Notes: generated by a model not told the origin, from the sequence alone. DNA of 64,000 nucleotides from an uncultured virus (IMG/VR IMGVR_UViG_3300037458_001243) (IMGVR_UViG_3300037458_001243); one strand, 5' to 3'. Counted from the first letter of the stretch, positions 46,255-56,928 are shown. Numbers and translations: made by a program.

Positions 46255-48174
46255 TTACTCTTCTTCCGAAAGCACCGCAGCCGCGATGCCATTAGCTGCC
46301 GACATGGCGCCTTGTGCCATACTTGCCATTATGTTAGCACCCTGAGCATTAACTTCAGCAATAGCCCGGAGCCGTTCCAGCGCGGTCTTCATCAGCTCAA
46401 CATTACGTTCCTGCGTGAGTTCGTAAGCAACCAACTGTCCTTCTTGCTTTTTCGACTTAAACTCAAATTCTGACCGCGCTTCCCGCAACTCCAGTTTGGC
46501 ATCAGCAAGAGCATCGTCGGCGATGACCTCGTACTTCTTTAACTCGTAGGCATTATCTAACGAATCCTTCTCCAGCGCCGTTATCGCCGCCTTAACCCGC
46601 AGTTCAAATTCCTCAATAACCGCCTCGTTACGGGTGGATTCTGCTTCTATTACCGCCTGTTTGGTCTCTATCAGTTGCAGAAACCCGCGTACTTCCGTTT
46701 CGTAGCCCTCTACCTTTTTAAGCTGCCCTTGCACCTTGGCAACGTCTCCGTCGATGTTAGCAACCCGCGCCCCGATTTGTGCTTCATAAGCATTGATACG
46801 GGCGTCATAGGCTTTTACCAGTAGAACAAAACGCTCCATCCCGAACTGCTTAAATCGCACTTCCCCTCTCGCCGCCGACACCAGTGAGGCGTACAGCGCC
46901 ACTTCATTCCGGGCGTGGGCAGCCTGGGATTGGTAAGTTTGAATAGCAGCAGTATCATTGTCCTGCTTCGATTCTTCTACCTCAAGGTTGGCGCGGGCTA
47001 CCTCATAAGTCAGCAGCGCCACCATCAAATTAGCTTCAAATAGCTTAAGTAGTGCTTCAGCCTGCTGAAATTCAATATCCTGTCTTGTGAAGTTATCAGC
47101 TTCGTACTGCGCTAGCAGCGCGGCGACAGACGCCTTGGCGTACGCCAGTGCTTGCCTGTGGGCTTCCAGCACCAAATCGATCTCGTCTGCTTTGAGCTTC
47201 TGCATCGCCGTGATAAAGCCAGCCAACAATTCTCCACACGCCTCGAAGAACGCTAGCGCCAATTCCGAGGTTTGGGCGTCTACCGCACTGCCGGCGTCAG
47301 CCGCCCAGGCGTCAGCCAACTGCGTAACGACGGTCTGCCGGGCTAATTGCACCGCTGCTGGCAAATCCCAGCCTGACCGGTCTGTCAGCGCCGCAGCAGT
47401 TCTCGCCTGTTCTTCAGTCAGCCGGGTAGTCATTCGATCTCGTATGTTATCCTGAAACGCCAGCACTGCACTTTGCTTGGCAGCCATGCGGGCGGAGATA
47501 ACCTCCAGCGCCGCCGGCAATACTGCATCCAGCGTGGTCCGAGTCCACTCGCGTAGTTCCGACAACAGATCGTCCAGCCCAGGAATGTTGCCAATCCCGC
47601 CGAAGATGGCAGACTTGAATCGAGCGAACGCTTCATCAAATATCTCTGGATCGAATGTAACGGTCGTATCTATAGCTGCGAAAGTTGGCGCCGGCACTGA
47701 CAGGTTCACCGAATCCACGGCTGACAGTGTAAGGAAATTAGGTACGAAAGTGGACTCAGTATTAGGGATAGGCGGTAAAGTTTGATCGTCGCCTGCATCA
47801 GGAACTGAGGCAACAAACGCCGGAATTCCTACCACATCAGGATAGTTGAAACTTGGAAAAGTCAGGGTTGGAAAAGGCGTGTCTGGTACCTCTACATCGA
47901 CAACATCTTGTCTTTGGGTATTTGGAACTGGATTAAACTCAACTTCCGGCCAGGTTGGGAATCCTGTTGGCGGTGGGTCTTCTGGAGCAAATATTCTACG
48001 GCCACCGTATCCAATTCCTGATTCCCTCGGTGAATAAGGAGGATCAGGGAACTCCACTTCTTCTTCTAACGCAGCAACCGCCTCGTTTACTAAACTACCA
48101 GCGCTACTTGCCAAAGAAGCTGCCGCATTAGCGGCGTGGGATAACAGCGTGGCAATGTCAGAGTCAGCGCTCAT
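46255..48174 (-). CDS. Putative virion/ejection protein (Pro-rich then coiled-coil)
   Basis: 639 aa; same architecture as the upstream neighbour. Confidence 0.65.
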   Translation of the reverse strand: MSADSDIATLLSHAANAAASLASSAGSLVNEAVAALEEEVEFPDPPYSPRESGIGYGGRRIFAPEDPPPTGFPTWPEVEFNPVPNTQRQDVVDVEVPDTPFPTLTFPSFNYPDVVGIPAFVASVPDAGDDQTLPPIPNTESTFVPNFLTLSAVDSVNLSVPAPTFAAIDTTVTFDPEIFDEAFARFKSAIFGGIGNIPGLDDLLSELREWTRTTLDAVLPAALEVISARMAAKQSAVLAFQDNIRDRMTTRLTEEQARTAAALTDRSGWDLPAAVQLARQTVVTQLADAWAADAGSAVDAQTSELALAFFEACGELLAGFITAMQKLKADEIDLVLEAHRQALAYAKASVAALLAQYEADNFTRQDIEFQQAEALLKLFEANLMVALLTYEVARANLEVEESKQDNDTAAIQTYQSQAAHARNEVALYASLVSAARGEVRFKQFGMERFVLLVKAYDARINAYEAQIGARVANIDGDVAKVQGQLKKVEGYETEVRGFLQLIETKQAVIEAESTRNEAVIEEFELRVKAAITALEKDSLDNAYELKKYEVIADDALADAKLELREARSEFEFKSKKQEGQLVAYELTQERNVELMKTALERLRAIAEVNAQGANIMASMAQGAMSAANGIAAAVLSEEE

Positions 48175-48177
48175 AGT

Positions 48178-50058
48178 TTATACCTCAGCCAGCAATTCGG
48201 TAGTCCCAACAGCGTTCAGCCCGGCATAAGCCGCCTGTGCTATTCCACCTAACGTACTTGCTCCTTGTGCCATAATCCTCCCCTGCGCGGTAGCCTGATC
48301 GAGTTCCACGGCATGGATTTGCAGCGTCTTTAGTAGCGCTAGTTGGTCTTCTTTCATCTCGTTCCGCGCATTGATGAGCGCAATCTGATCTTCCAAATCC
48401 TGATTAGCTAGCTCCAAGTATTGTTCCTGTACCTCAGCGTCAAATCCTTTCACCAGCGCTCGCATTGCCAGATCGACGTTGCGGTCTACCTCCCGTAGCC
48501 ACTGAATTATCGCACCAGTTTCAGCATTGTAGGCGCCTAGTATTTGCTTCATCTCGTTAGCACGGGCGCGAACCTTTATCAGTATGGCTCGTGCTTGCGA
48601 TTGCTGTGCTTGCATCTCCGCTTCGTACAGTTTAGCTTCGGCAAGCTCGCCGTCTGCCCTAGCCAAGTCACCCTTGATCCTCGCCCGTAGCGCAGCTTGC
48701 TCAGCAGTGGCAGCTTTTAACCTAGCTTGATAGGCTTGCACTTCAGCGTCGAATCTATCGAAGTCCAACTTGCGCCAGTCTTGATCGACTAGCAGATAAT
48801 CAATCTGTGTCTCAAATAGCTTAACCCGACTTTCAATAAACTGGAAAGCGGTTTCGTCGATTCGTGCCTGGTTCTGGTTGTACGTCGCTTTAAGTTTGTT
48901 GTTGGCGACTTGAATCGACAGCCGTTCCAGCTTGGTCTTTTCTATCTTCACCCGGTCTTCGGTGCGACGGACTTGAGTATCGTTGTACCGTACCAGCATT
49001 TGCAGTTCTTTTTCTTTGAACTTTAGTACCCGCACCGCCAAATCCAGCGTCTCGCTTGCGCCTTCCAGCGCCAGTAACAGCCCTTTCATTCGCCAGGACG
49101 CTTCCTGACTTTGCAGCCGCAACGCCGCCTCTGCCATACTCAGCGCTACCCGCAACGCCCACTGTACGTGCTTGACCTCTTGCTGCTGGCGGTTATTGGC
49201 GGTCTTGGCGGCAGCTTGGGCGAGAGCTTGTAAGGTTTGTAATTCAAGCCGTAATTCTGCGTAACCACGCTGCCCGGACGGTAGTCCGGTTATCCCACCC
49301 GGCGCGGCGTCGATCTGATCCAGCGCGGCATACCGCTTGTCGTAGGCGTCCTGCTGGGCTTGTTCGTAAGTCTGGGTTTCCCATGTGTCCGGCAAGCCCG
49401 GCTCGGACCCGTCAAGAATCCCTCTCAACCGTTGCTGCAACGCCGCTTCCATCGGCAACAGAGTCGTACGAAGCCGCTGAAAGTAATCAGTCCACTCCGC
49501 AAACGCATCGTCCATCAAGTCGATACCAGTTTCGTACTCGCTGAAGAAATCACCCTCAAATTCAGTAAAGGTCGGCAACGGTACATCTGGTGGGTCTCCG
49601 CTTGTCACATCGACCATTACCTCAGTTGGAACTGTTGCAACTGGCGGAAGCAGCGTATCCAGTTCTGGTGCTACCGGAATGACGGTCAGCGGTGTGATGG
49701 CTGGCGGCTGGTCTGTAAATTCATCAGGTTCGGTTATAGCCGGATAAGAGAAAGTGGGAAACGACAGAGTAGGTCTAACTCCGTCGAACTCATCGGTAAT
49801 GTCGGTCAACGCCTGCAAGCTATCCATCTCAGGCACCGACAGATCGGCTATACCGGGTACGCTCGGTGGTCTTGGCAGTCGCTCAGCCGGTGCGTTTCTG
49901 CGAGTTACGTCATAGCCAAGACTGTCAGCCGCCGGAGTGCGTAGTGTCTGCGCTGCCTGATCGGCGGCTTGAATCAGCGAGTACGCCGAGCTTCGATAGC
50001 TGGTGGACAGGCTTCGCAAATTGGACAACAAACTGCTGATAGCCGATGAAGCGCTCAA
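48178..50058 (-). CDS. Putative virion/ejection protein (Pro-rich then coiled-coil)
   Basis: 626 aa; probable paralogue of 46255..48174. Confidence 0.65.
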   Translation of the reverse strand: MSASSAISSLLSNLRSLSTSYRSSAYSLIQAADQAAQTLRTPAADSLGYDVTRRNAPAERLPRPPSVPGIADLSVPEMDSLQALTDITDEFDGVRPTLSFPTFSYPAITEPDEFTDQPPAITPLTVIPVAPELDTLLPPVATVPTEVMVDVTSGDPPDVPLPTFTEFEGDFFSEYETGIDLMDDAFAEWTDYFQRLRTTLLPMEAALQQRLRGILDGSEPGLPDTWETQTYEQAQQDAYDKRYAALDQIDAAPGGITGLPSGQRGYAELRLELQTLQALAQAAAKTANNRQQQEVKHVQWALRVALSMAEAALRLQSQEASWRMKGLLLALEGASETLDLAVRVLKFKEKELQMLVRYNDTQVRRTEDRVKIEKTKLERLSIQVANNKLKATYNQNQARIDETAFQFIESRVKLFETQIDYLLVDQDWRKLDFDRFDAEVQAYQARLKAATAEQAALRARIKGDLARADGELAEAKLYEAEMQAQQSQARAILIKVRARANEMKQILGAYNAETGAIIQWLREVDRNVDLAMRALVKGFDAEVQEQYLELANQDLEDQIALINARNEMKEDQLALLKTLQIHAVELDQATAQGRIMAQGASTLGGIAQAAYAGLNAVGTTELLAEV

Positions 50059-52103
50059 CGGGGTCTCCTCGATAACGGATATACAGGAATTTCCATACCG
50101 CCTACGTCCAGCCGTCCGCCATCTCTGTTCTCTAATACCAGCCCGAGTGAATGGAAGGTAATGCCACGTCCGACCTTAACCCGGTGGGTGCCCATGCCGG
50201 GCGAGGCGTCGGTGCTGGTTTGGTAAGTCCAGGACGAAGTTTCATCCTGAACGAGCATTAAAGTAACGCCATCGTCTTCGCGGGTATTCAGGTAAACTAC
50301 TCCATCCAACCGCTTCGCTAGATAGGTGCCAAACTGCTGTGGTGCGAATCGGATAGTGGCGGCGATGGCGGTGCCGCTGTCGTCGTCGCCGTCTAGCCTG
50401 ATTAATGCTCCGTCTCGTAACCCATACAGCCTGCCATGCGCTGTTACCAGCTTGTCAAACGCACCAAGTAGTAATTGCGTGACCGCGCCGGTTGACAGGT
50501 TGATAGCGTAGGTAGTCTCCGTGGTAACTCCGGCAAGGTGCCCGTAGGCAGTCCAAGCCGGTAAAGTCGCTGTACCAGTTATCCAACTACCGTTCAGCAC
50601 CTCACCGTCCGCCGTCCACGCAGAGAGCGTCACCGCACCCGATACGATACTACCCGTCGTGATAGTCCCAGTCCCTGCCCAACGAGGCAGCGTCGTGGTT
50701 CCGCTCAGCCGGGTGGGATTGTTTATTGTCCCGCTAGCTGTCCACACCGGGAAAGTAACTTCGGCAACCGCTCCGGTATTTCCTTCCGCTGTCCATACTG
50801 GCAGCGTTACCGACGCTCTGGCTATTGTCTGAGTTTGGATAGTGCCGCTTGCAGTCCATTCAGAAAGCTCGACCGACCCTGTAACCCAGCCCGGCGTAGT
50901 GACCGTTCCTGCTGCCGTCCATTCTGGCAATTCCGGCTGCCCTCCTACACCTACCCAGCCGGCAGCCGTCCATTGCGATAACGTGACAGTACCACTAATT
51001 CCGCTCTCACTTATTTCACCATCGGCAGTCCATTCTGGTAAAGTTACCGAGCCGGACAAAAAGATTGGCTCTATCGACGGCGAAACCGAAGGGCTTTCTG
51101 ACGGAGATAAAGATGCTGAAGGTGATTCCGATGGACTTGCGGATGGAGATATAGAAGGCGACGATGAAGGAGACGCTGACGGAGAACTAGACGGCGAGGC
51201 CGATGGCGAGGCCGATGGAGAAGCCGACGGCGATTCGGACGGCGATGCAGAAGGCGACTCAGAGGGCGACAAAGATGCTGATGGGCTTTCTGACGGACTG
51301 GCAGATGGACTTAATGAAGATGAAGGAGATTCCGAGGGACTGGCGGACGGACTCAGTGAAGCCGAAGGAGACTCAGATGGGCTAATTGATGGAGACATAG
51401 AAGATGATGGAGACTCAGATGGACTTAATGACGGGGATTCCGATGGGCTAATAGAAGGGCTGGTAGACACAGGAGAAGGATCAGGAAGTAAGCCAGTGGG
51501 TGGAGTAAAATTACTTGTGTATAGGGCTTCTCCTTTTACAACTCTAAAATCCTGCATATACCCATCAAAGTTGGAGCCGATAAATACACCCTCACCTGTG
51601 CTAGCTCCTATAGCAAATGATCCAATGTTCTCATCTGTACCAACCTGAGTACCATTAACGAAAAATTTTAAAGTGCTTCCGGTGCGTACAAAAGCTAGGT
51701 GATACCAAGTATCAAGACTAGGCTCCCATTCATAGGAAGCACCATTACTAGACCCACCATTAAAAAGCTCAAAATATACACTACCACTAACCTCTGATGT
51801 AATTTTTAATCCAGATTCGGTTACTTCATTAAGTTTAAAATATATAAAAGAGCTATTAATTGACGAACATCTACGCCATAATTCTATAGTAAAATCACCC
51901 GATCCAAACTCAAAATCAGAGCTATCATCGGTATTTATGTTAGCACCACCGTTAAAATAACCACTACTTCCATTCCACTTATACTGAGCAGTGCTGATTA
52001 TTGCGTCGGAAGAATAAACAGTCCTAGCATATGTTGATGAATCGGTGAATGTGGTGCTGTTATTCTCACCATTCATGTGCAACAGCAAAACAACGTCAGT
52101 CAT
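50055..52103 (-). CDS. Tail-associated protein: LamG/concanavalin-like domain, Ser/Pro repeat linker, beta-repeats
   Basis: LLLHMNGENNSTTFTDSS, GDFTIELW, WYHLAFVRTG and FDGYMQDFRVVKGEALYTSNFTPP LamG pattern; about 135 aa of SPS repeats; GxVTLPxWTAxG repeats. Confidence 0.8.
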   Translation of the reverse strand: MTDVVLLLHMNGENNSTTFTDSSTYARTVYSSDAIISTAQYKWNGSSGYFNGGANINTDDSSDFEFGSGDFTIELWRRCSSINSSFIYFKLNEVTESGLKITSEVSGSVYFELFNGGSSNGASYEWEPSLDTWYHLAFVRTGSTLKFFVNGTQVGTDENIGSFAIGASTGEGVFIGSNFDGYMQDFRVVKGEALYTSNFTPPTGLLPDPSPVSTSPSISPSESPSLSPSESPSSSMSPSISPSESPSASLSPSASPSESPSSSLSPSASPSESPSASLSPSESPSASPSESPSASPSASPSASPSSSPSASPSSSPSISPSASPSESPSASLSPSESPSVSPSIEPIFLSGSVTLPEWTADGEISESGISGTVTLSQWTAAGWVGVGGQPELPEWTAAGTVTTPGWVTGSVELSEWTASGTIQTQTIARASVTLPVWTAEGNTGAVAEVTFPVWTASGTINNPTRLSGTTTLPRWAGTGTITTGSIVSGAVTLSAWTADGEVLNGSWITGTATLPAWTAYGHLAGVTTETTYAINLSTGAVTQLLLGAFDKLVTAHGRLYGLRDGALIRLDGDDDSGTAIAATIRFAPQQFGTYLAKRLDGVVYLNTREDDGVTLMLVQDETSSWTYQTSTDASPGMGTHRVKVGRGITFHSLGLVLENRDGGRLDVGGMEIPVYPLSRRPR

Positions 52104-54196
52104 GGTAATTCCTTTGCTAATCCTATAGGGAATAGTAAAACATTGTCGCCGTCGATAGTATCTACCACATCGGTATCAAAAGTTCCTATATTGCTAAGGT
52201 TTATTACTTCTCTGTCAAGAGTTTGATCTACATATACTTCATACCTTTCTGGCCAATCTATTGAGATAATATAATCTTTTTTTATAGATGCTTGGATTCC
52301 GTAAGCAAACTGTCTGTTAGCCTCATAAAAGTATGGATAACTGGTTAATTCATTAGTAGTAGAGGACTCTTGCTCCACGCCATCATACGGAGGGAAATAT
52401 GTGCTTTCTATACTGGAATAAGAAATATCACCAGTAGTAGATACGCTTCTCTCGTAATGACTATTACAAAGCAACTCCTCGCCACCTAAATCTAACAGTT
52501 TTATTACCCTATCGCAATTACTAACTGAAGAATACGGGTATGACTGAGTTAATGCTCCTCCTTGATAAAATGACACATTTATACTGTCTACTACATCATT
52601 AGGGTATAGCCATGCATAATAAGCAACAAAACGACTGCTATTTATATCAATATGGGCTATTCCAACTGACGGTAATGGTTTAGCGGATTCTGCTTGATCG
52701 AACGTATAATCCATAAGTAGTTGACCTGGATTAACGTATCCATATTTTTTAGCTAAAATATTTAAACTAACTGGACTTCCTTCAAGAAAGGTTATGGAAG
52801 ACTCATTTATTTCCATTGATAGCGTTGCCGACCCAGATCCAGAAGCAGTATTAGTTGCAGTTGCATCATAATCAGACGAACTAACGCGGGCTGTTATATT
52901 TGTTTCTGATAACTGGGAATATGCGCCGCTACTTATATAGGTGAGCCAAGCTATAGTTTGTTCATCATCTTTATTGTAAGTAATCGCAAAAGGAATTCTT
53001 TCATACCCTGTATATGGAGATGAACTATTGGTTGTGCTAAAGGTTTGATAGGTTGGCCACGACTCATCATATTCTGACCTATAGTAGTTTATTGTTGTTA
53101 TTTTAAGTTTAACAAAGTAACTTGAGCTTTTATTTAAAATTGAACTAAAACTATCTGTTTCTTCTGTATAACTAATAACTAATTCCCAAATCTCATAAGA
53201 ATAGTATTGTGTATCAGATTCGTCTTTATTAACATTTTCTATAATAGTAGAGCATCGGGTTCCATCACTGTTAAATCGCCACGGCCAGCGCATGGTTAGA
53301 TATAGTCTTGTAAATACAAAATTATCTGGAACGGTAAATGAATCTATCTCCGTATATGTCCATAAGCTTAATTCAGTATCAAATTTTAAATCATAAAGTT
53401 TCGCAGTAGTCAGACTCATAATCATTACAATCAATAGGCGAGTATCCGATACTGGATACATCCCACCAATCATAATTCCATCACGAGAATCGGTATACGG
53501 ATCAAGCTCCCAAAACACCTCACCGTTACGATATATTTTTGGAATCAACACTGTCCTGTCTGTTTCAATCTGATCGAACGGTCCTTTCGGATTATTATTA
53601 TAACCTAACACAGTAAGCGTAATATCCTCGCCCTCCTCTTCTATTTCATATTGGTAACAATAGGGAGTTCTTATGCAATCGTTAGCACCGCTGGCAAATC
53701 CTAAGTATTCCATAACAACAGGACCATCACCTGCCGGAGAGTGCCACCAAGACCAATAATTTCCATCTTTGAATATGGTTTGGTTTCCGTGGAGTAGAGT
53801 TAAATCTCGTAGAAATATATTTCTTCCATTTTCCTTCACGTTGTACGTAGCATTAGAACGCAAACTTTCATCAATATAATAAATATCAGGACGAACCTCT
53901 CTAGTTTCAGTTTCCTCTGAAGGGAACCACCACCCATTAGGCGCAATATCAGAATGTGGGTGAAATATAAAAACATATCCTCCCTGAATCGCCTCTATCC
54001 ACACCTTACAAATCCCGGCCAGCGTTCCTCCCAGCGGGAATATGTTCTCAACTCGGATAGTGACTCCCGATCCCATCTTATACAGTTTGCTGGCGATTTT
54101 AAGGTCGTAGCACGCCCGCGCCAGTTTCTTGGCAATACCAACCCAGGGCGTTGCCGCTCCTGGGTCGCCAAGAAACAAAACGCGAGGGTGGATCAC
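52100..54196 (-). CDS. Putative tail/receptor-binding protein
   Basis: 698 aa; GC-rich N-terminal coding, AT-rich Tyr/Ser/Thr-rich body; in the tail operon. Confidence 0.6.
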   Translation of the reverse strand: MIHPRVLFLGDPGAATPWVGIAKKLARACYDLKIASKLYKMGSGVTIRVENIFPLGGTLAGICKVWIEAIQGGYVFIFHPHSDIAPNGWWFPSEETETREVRPDIYYIDESLRSNATYNVKENGRNIFLRDLTLLHGNQTIFKDGNYWSWWHSPAGDGPVVMEYLGFASGANDCIRTPYCYQYEIEEEGEDITLTVLGYNNNPKGPFDQIETDRTVLIPKIYRNGEVFWELDPYTDSRDGIMIGGMYPVSDTRLLIVMIMSLTTAKLYDLKFDTELSLWTYTEIDSFTVPDNFVFTRLYLTMRWPWRFNSDGTRCSTIIENVNKDESDTQYYSYEIWELVISYTEETDSFSSILNKSSSYFVKLKITTINYYRSEYDESWPTYQTFSTTNSSSPYTGYERIPFAITYNKDDEQTIAWLTYISSGAYSQLSETNITARVSSSDYDATATNTASGSGSATLSMEINESSITFLEGSPVSLNILAKKYGYVNPGQLLMDYTFDQAESAKPLPSVGIAHIDINSSRFVAYYAWLYPNDVVDSINVSFYQGGALTQSYPYSSVSNCDRVIKLLDLGGEELLCNSHYERSVSTTGDISYSSIESTYFPPYDGVEQESSTTNELTSYPYFYEANRQFAYGIQASIKKDYIISIDWPERYEVYVDQTLDREVINLSNIGTFDTDVVDTIDGDNVLLFPIGLAKELP

Positions 54197-54963
54197 GGGA
54201 AGGTAATCGTTACGGTGTCGAAGGTCGAAACTCCACCAACGGCCACCGTAGTGTTAGAAGCATCCAGTTCCGCGCCGGAGGTGGCAATCCGCATATCAAC
54301 GCGCGGCAGCGTGGTCGAGACACCCAGATTGTCAGTCGCCGCACCCATCCACCTTACATAGCCCATAGTGCCAGCCGCGATTCCAACCATCTGCCAGGTC
54401 TGCCCGGAGTGCTTGGTAAGGGCACCAGAAGCCGCCACATTCCACATAAGGCCATTAGACACCGCATACCCTACTTCAACCGCCGCCGCCGTAGCTGCCG
54501 AGCAGTACACTTCAGTCACGGTCTTGAAGGTGTTAGTCGTGTATACTGTGGTGTTATTCGGTCCCTGCATGTATTCAACAACCGCTTCGTCATCGTCACC
54601 AGTACCAGTAATACGGAAGATTTTGGCAGACTCGTTACCAGTTCCATAGATAGAAACATAGTACCCGACGCCCAACGTACCTCCTGTTATCCCACCAAGC
54701 GCAATAGTACCTGCACCACTCGGAGTCGTGGACAGACAAACCCCATCCCGGTCGGTAGTTTGGTATGCCCCCCAGGCATAAGTACCGCCGCTAACGGTAA
54801 TCTTACCCAGTAACGTACCCGTAGCTGCTGCATCAGCAGAGGCTGGCCGGGTGCCACTGTAGACATAACCTACTCCGCCCTTCAATGACTTGGCAATAGC
54901 GCCATGCCCGCGAACGGAGTTCAAAGCCTGATTTTTCAAGGCGGTAGAAATATTTAAAGCCAT
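54193..54963 (-). CDS. Virion structural (tail) protein
   Basis: YSGTRPASADAAATGTLLG...GIAAGTMGYVR...RVDMRIATSGAEL pattern; GAGGT RBS. Confidence 0.7.
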   Translation of the reverse strand: MALNISTALKNQALNSVRGHGAIAKSLKGGVGYVYSGTRPASADAAATGTLLGKITVSGGTYAWGAYQTTDRDGVCLSTTPSGAGTIALGGITGGTLGVGYYVSIYGTGNESAKIFRITGTGDDDEAVVEYMQGPNNTTVYTTNTFKTVTEVYCSAATAAAVEVGYAVSNGLMWNVAASGALTKHSGQTWQMVGIAAGTMGYVRWMGAATDNLGVSTTLPRVDMRIATSGAELDASNTTVAVGGVSTFDTVTITFP

Positions 54964-55004
54964 CGTTAATACCTCGTTTCGCCATCACGGCGATCAAAAA
55001 AGAG

Positions 55005-55976
55005 TCAGGTAATTCCCTGTGGGCGTGTTGTAGAAATCGTCATGGCGTCGTAAGGTCTCGCGCTACGCTTGGTACTTACTGCACCGGTCTGTTGCACCAC
55101 CGCATAGCGGCTGCCTTGGTAGGCAAGCAACGCCGCCGTTACGGTGTCACGTTCGGTAATTGCAAACTGCTTGTCGGTCAGATTTTCAAACGGTGCTGCC
55201 TTGCACAGCCCGCGTTCCGACCAGAAGAACACCACATCGCGTTCGTCGTAGACCATGCCGTTTAACGGTACGCCATAATCCGCCACCCGAGTCAGCGGAC
55301 CCTCGTAAGGGTCCAGATAAATCGCTCGGTCGGTGGCGATAACGAACGCCGAGCTAGTGTCAGCCAGCAGGGTAATTCGCCCGGCAAACAACTGGTAATC
55401 ACGTTCCAGCCGGAACTCGTGAGGGTATCCAGGACGACTCAAGTACAGCACGCTCCGATCCCGTTCGTCTTCCCAAGCCGCTACGGCAATCTGATCGCGG
55501 CGGACTCCCAGCAGGTTCCCAGCCGGCGGCGGGTAACTGATAGGATCGCCCACCGGATAAGGATCGGTCGGCGCGGCAGGACATAACGATCCCCACGCAA
55601 TAGCCCGGTCGGGATAGATAGCCCAGCGGGTAGTATCGCTTATCAGGAAGATAGCGTAACCCAACTCTGCCCACTGAAATGGAGCGCCCGTTATGCCGGT
55701 ATGCAGCACCGACGAGACCCCCTGATCGTCGATCTGCACCAGCCGGTCGCTGGCGTCAATAGCCAGTAAACGCCCGTCCCGCGTACCGTGAACGTCCTTT
55801 AACCCAGAGCCGGCGAAAGCAGTAAGTCCCGGTCGACGGGTCAGAAAGTTGGCGTCGTCGCACAGCACGTTGTCAGCTTGCAGTTGCCATTCCAGCCCCA
55901 GTCGAATCGGGTCTATCCGGTTGTTTAAACCCTTGAACCCGTCTACCCTGGGAAACTGGCGAGATTCCTCAGCCAT
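55005..55976 (-). CDS. Putative tail tube/stabilisation (nozzle) protein
   Basis: FKGLNN...ADNV...LTRRPG N-terminus; beta-propeller-like strands. Confidence 0.6.
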   Translation of the reverse strand: MAEESRQFPRVDGFKGLNNRIDPIRLGLEWQLQADNVLCDDANFLTRRPGLTAFAGSGLKDVHGTRDGRLLAIDASDRLVQIDDQGVSSVLHTGITGAPFQWAELGYAIFLISDTTRWAIYPDRAIAWGSLCPAAPTDPYPVGDPISYPPPAGNLLGVRRDQIAVAAWEDERDRSVLYLSRPGYPHEFRLERDYQLFAGRITLLADTSSAFVIATDRAIYLDPYEGPLTRVADYGVPLNGMVYDERDVVFFWSERGLCKAAPFENLTDKQFAITERDTVTAALLAYQGSRYAVVQQTGAVSTKRSARPYDAMTISTTRPQGIT

Positions 55977-56928
55977 TGGCTTTCCTCAATTCATTTAACT
56001 TTTCCTCAGTCCATCCCGGCACTGGCATAAATTTCTCAACCAGCCATGACACAGGATACTTTTGTCCCTCAAATCCAGTTTCCCAAAAGAGTTTCTTTAC
56101 GTTTCGTTTTGTAGTTTGGACACCGTTTAAGGCGTAAGGAAAACTAAAATCCCCGCCCTGGGTGCGAAACATGTGGGCATACCAAGTAGCGTGATTCACC
56201 AGCACTCGCCCACCGGAGAGCCAGGTCTTAGCTGCTACTTCGATTCCCTGATTGCCCCAGTTACCAAGGGTTTCGTCGCTTAATTTAAGCCGCCAGTACG
56301 CCTCATTCGTACACATGAAGCAGCTACCCTGCAAGCTCATGGTTTCCGTGTACCCATGTTTCTCAAGCATCGCCTTAGTTTCCGGGCGGTTTTTGTATTC
56401 CTGAAAGTATTGAAAATGCGGCTCTGTATCAAAGCAATAAGACCAACTTTGTGGATTTGGCTTTCCTTGCCATATAATCTTCCGTTTCCACCTATGAGTT
56501 TTTCCACACTGCGGACATTCTTTTGGTGTCGGTCCCTGGTACTGTTTGTGCCCACATCCGTGACACTTCCAGTCAAATGCCCACAGATTCCTCATGATCG
56601 GAACTGAGGTTACATCATCGCCGACCCTGGCGTGAAAGTCCAGCATCTTCCTATCAAAGCCCTCGTCGAACGCACAGTGCGCGTCCACCTTCATATAGTA
56701 TCGCCCGGTAGCCAGCCGGGCTGCATAGTTCGTAGCCGCTCGCATCCCAACCGTGTTTCCTGTGTGGAAAACATGAACGCGAGGATGTTGTGGTATTTCT
56801 GGCTTTGCCCACTCCCCATCAAGTACCGCGATGATCTCAGTTTCAGCACGGCTGTTTTTTAACGCATCTTCGATAGTTTGCGCCAAGAACATTTCATTGC
56901 GGCTCGGGATTAGGATAGAAAGTTCCAT
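55969..56928 (-). CDS. GT-A glycosyltransferase, ppGalNAc-T-like, with a zinc-ribbon insertion
   Basis: LSILIPSRNE, KVDAHC (DxH), WGNQGIEVAAKTWLSGG...AHMFR; start MELSIL. Confidence 0.85.
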   Translation of the reverse strand: MELSILIPSRNEMFLAQTIEDALKNSRAETEIIAVLDGEWAKPEIPQHPRVHVFHTGNTVGMRAATNYAARLATGRYYMKVDAHCAFDEGFDRKMLDFHARVGDDVTSVPIMRNLWAFDWKCHGCGHKQYQGPTPKECPQCGKTHRWKRKIIWQGKPNPQSWSYCFDTEPHFQYFQEYKNRPETKAMLEKHGYTETMSLQGSCFMCTNEAYWRLKLSDETLGNWGNQGIEVAAKTWLSGGRVLVNHATWYAHMFRTQGGDFSFPYALNGVQTTKRNVKKLFWETGFEGQKYPVSWLVEKFMPVPGWTEEKLNELRKANG

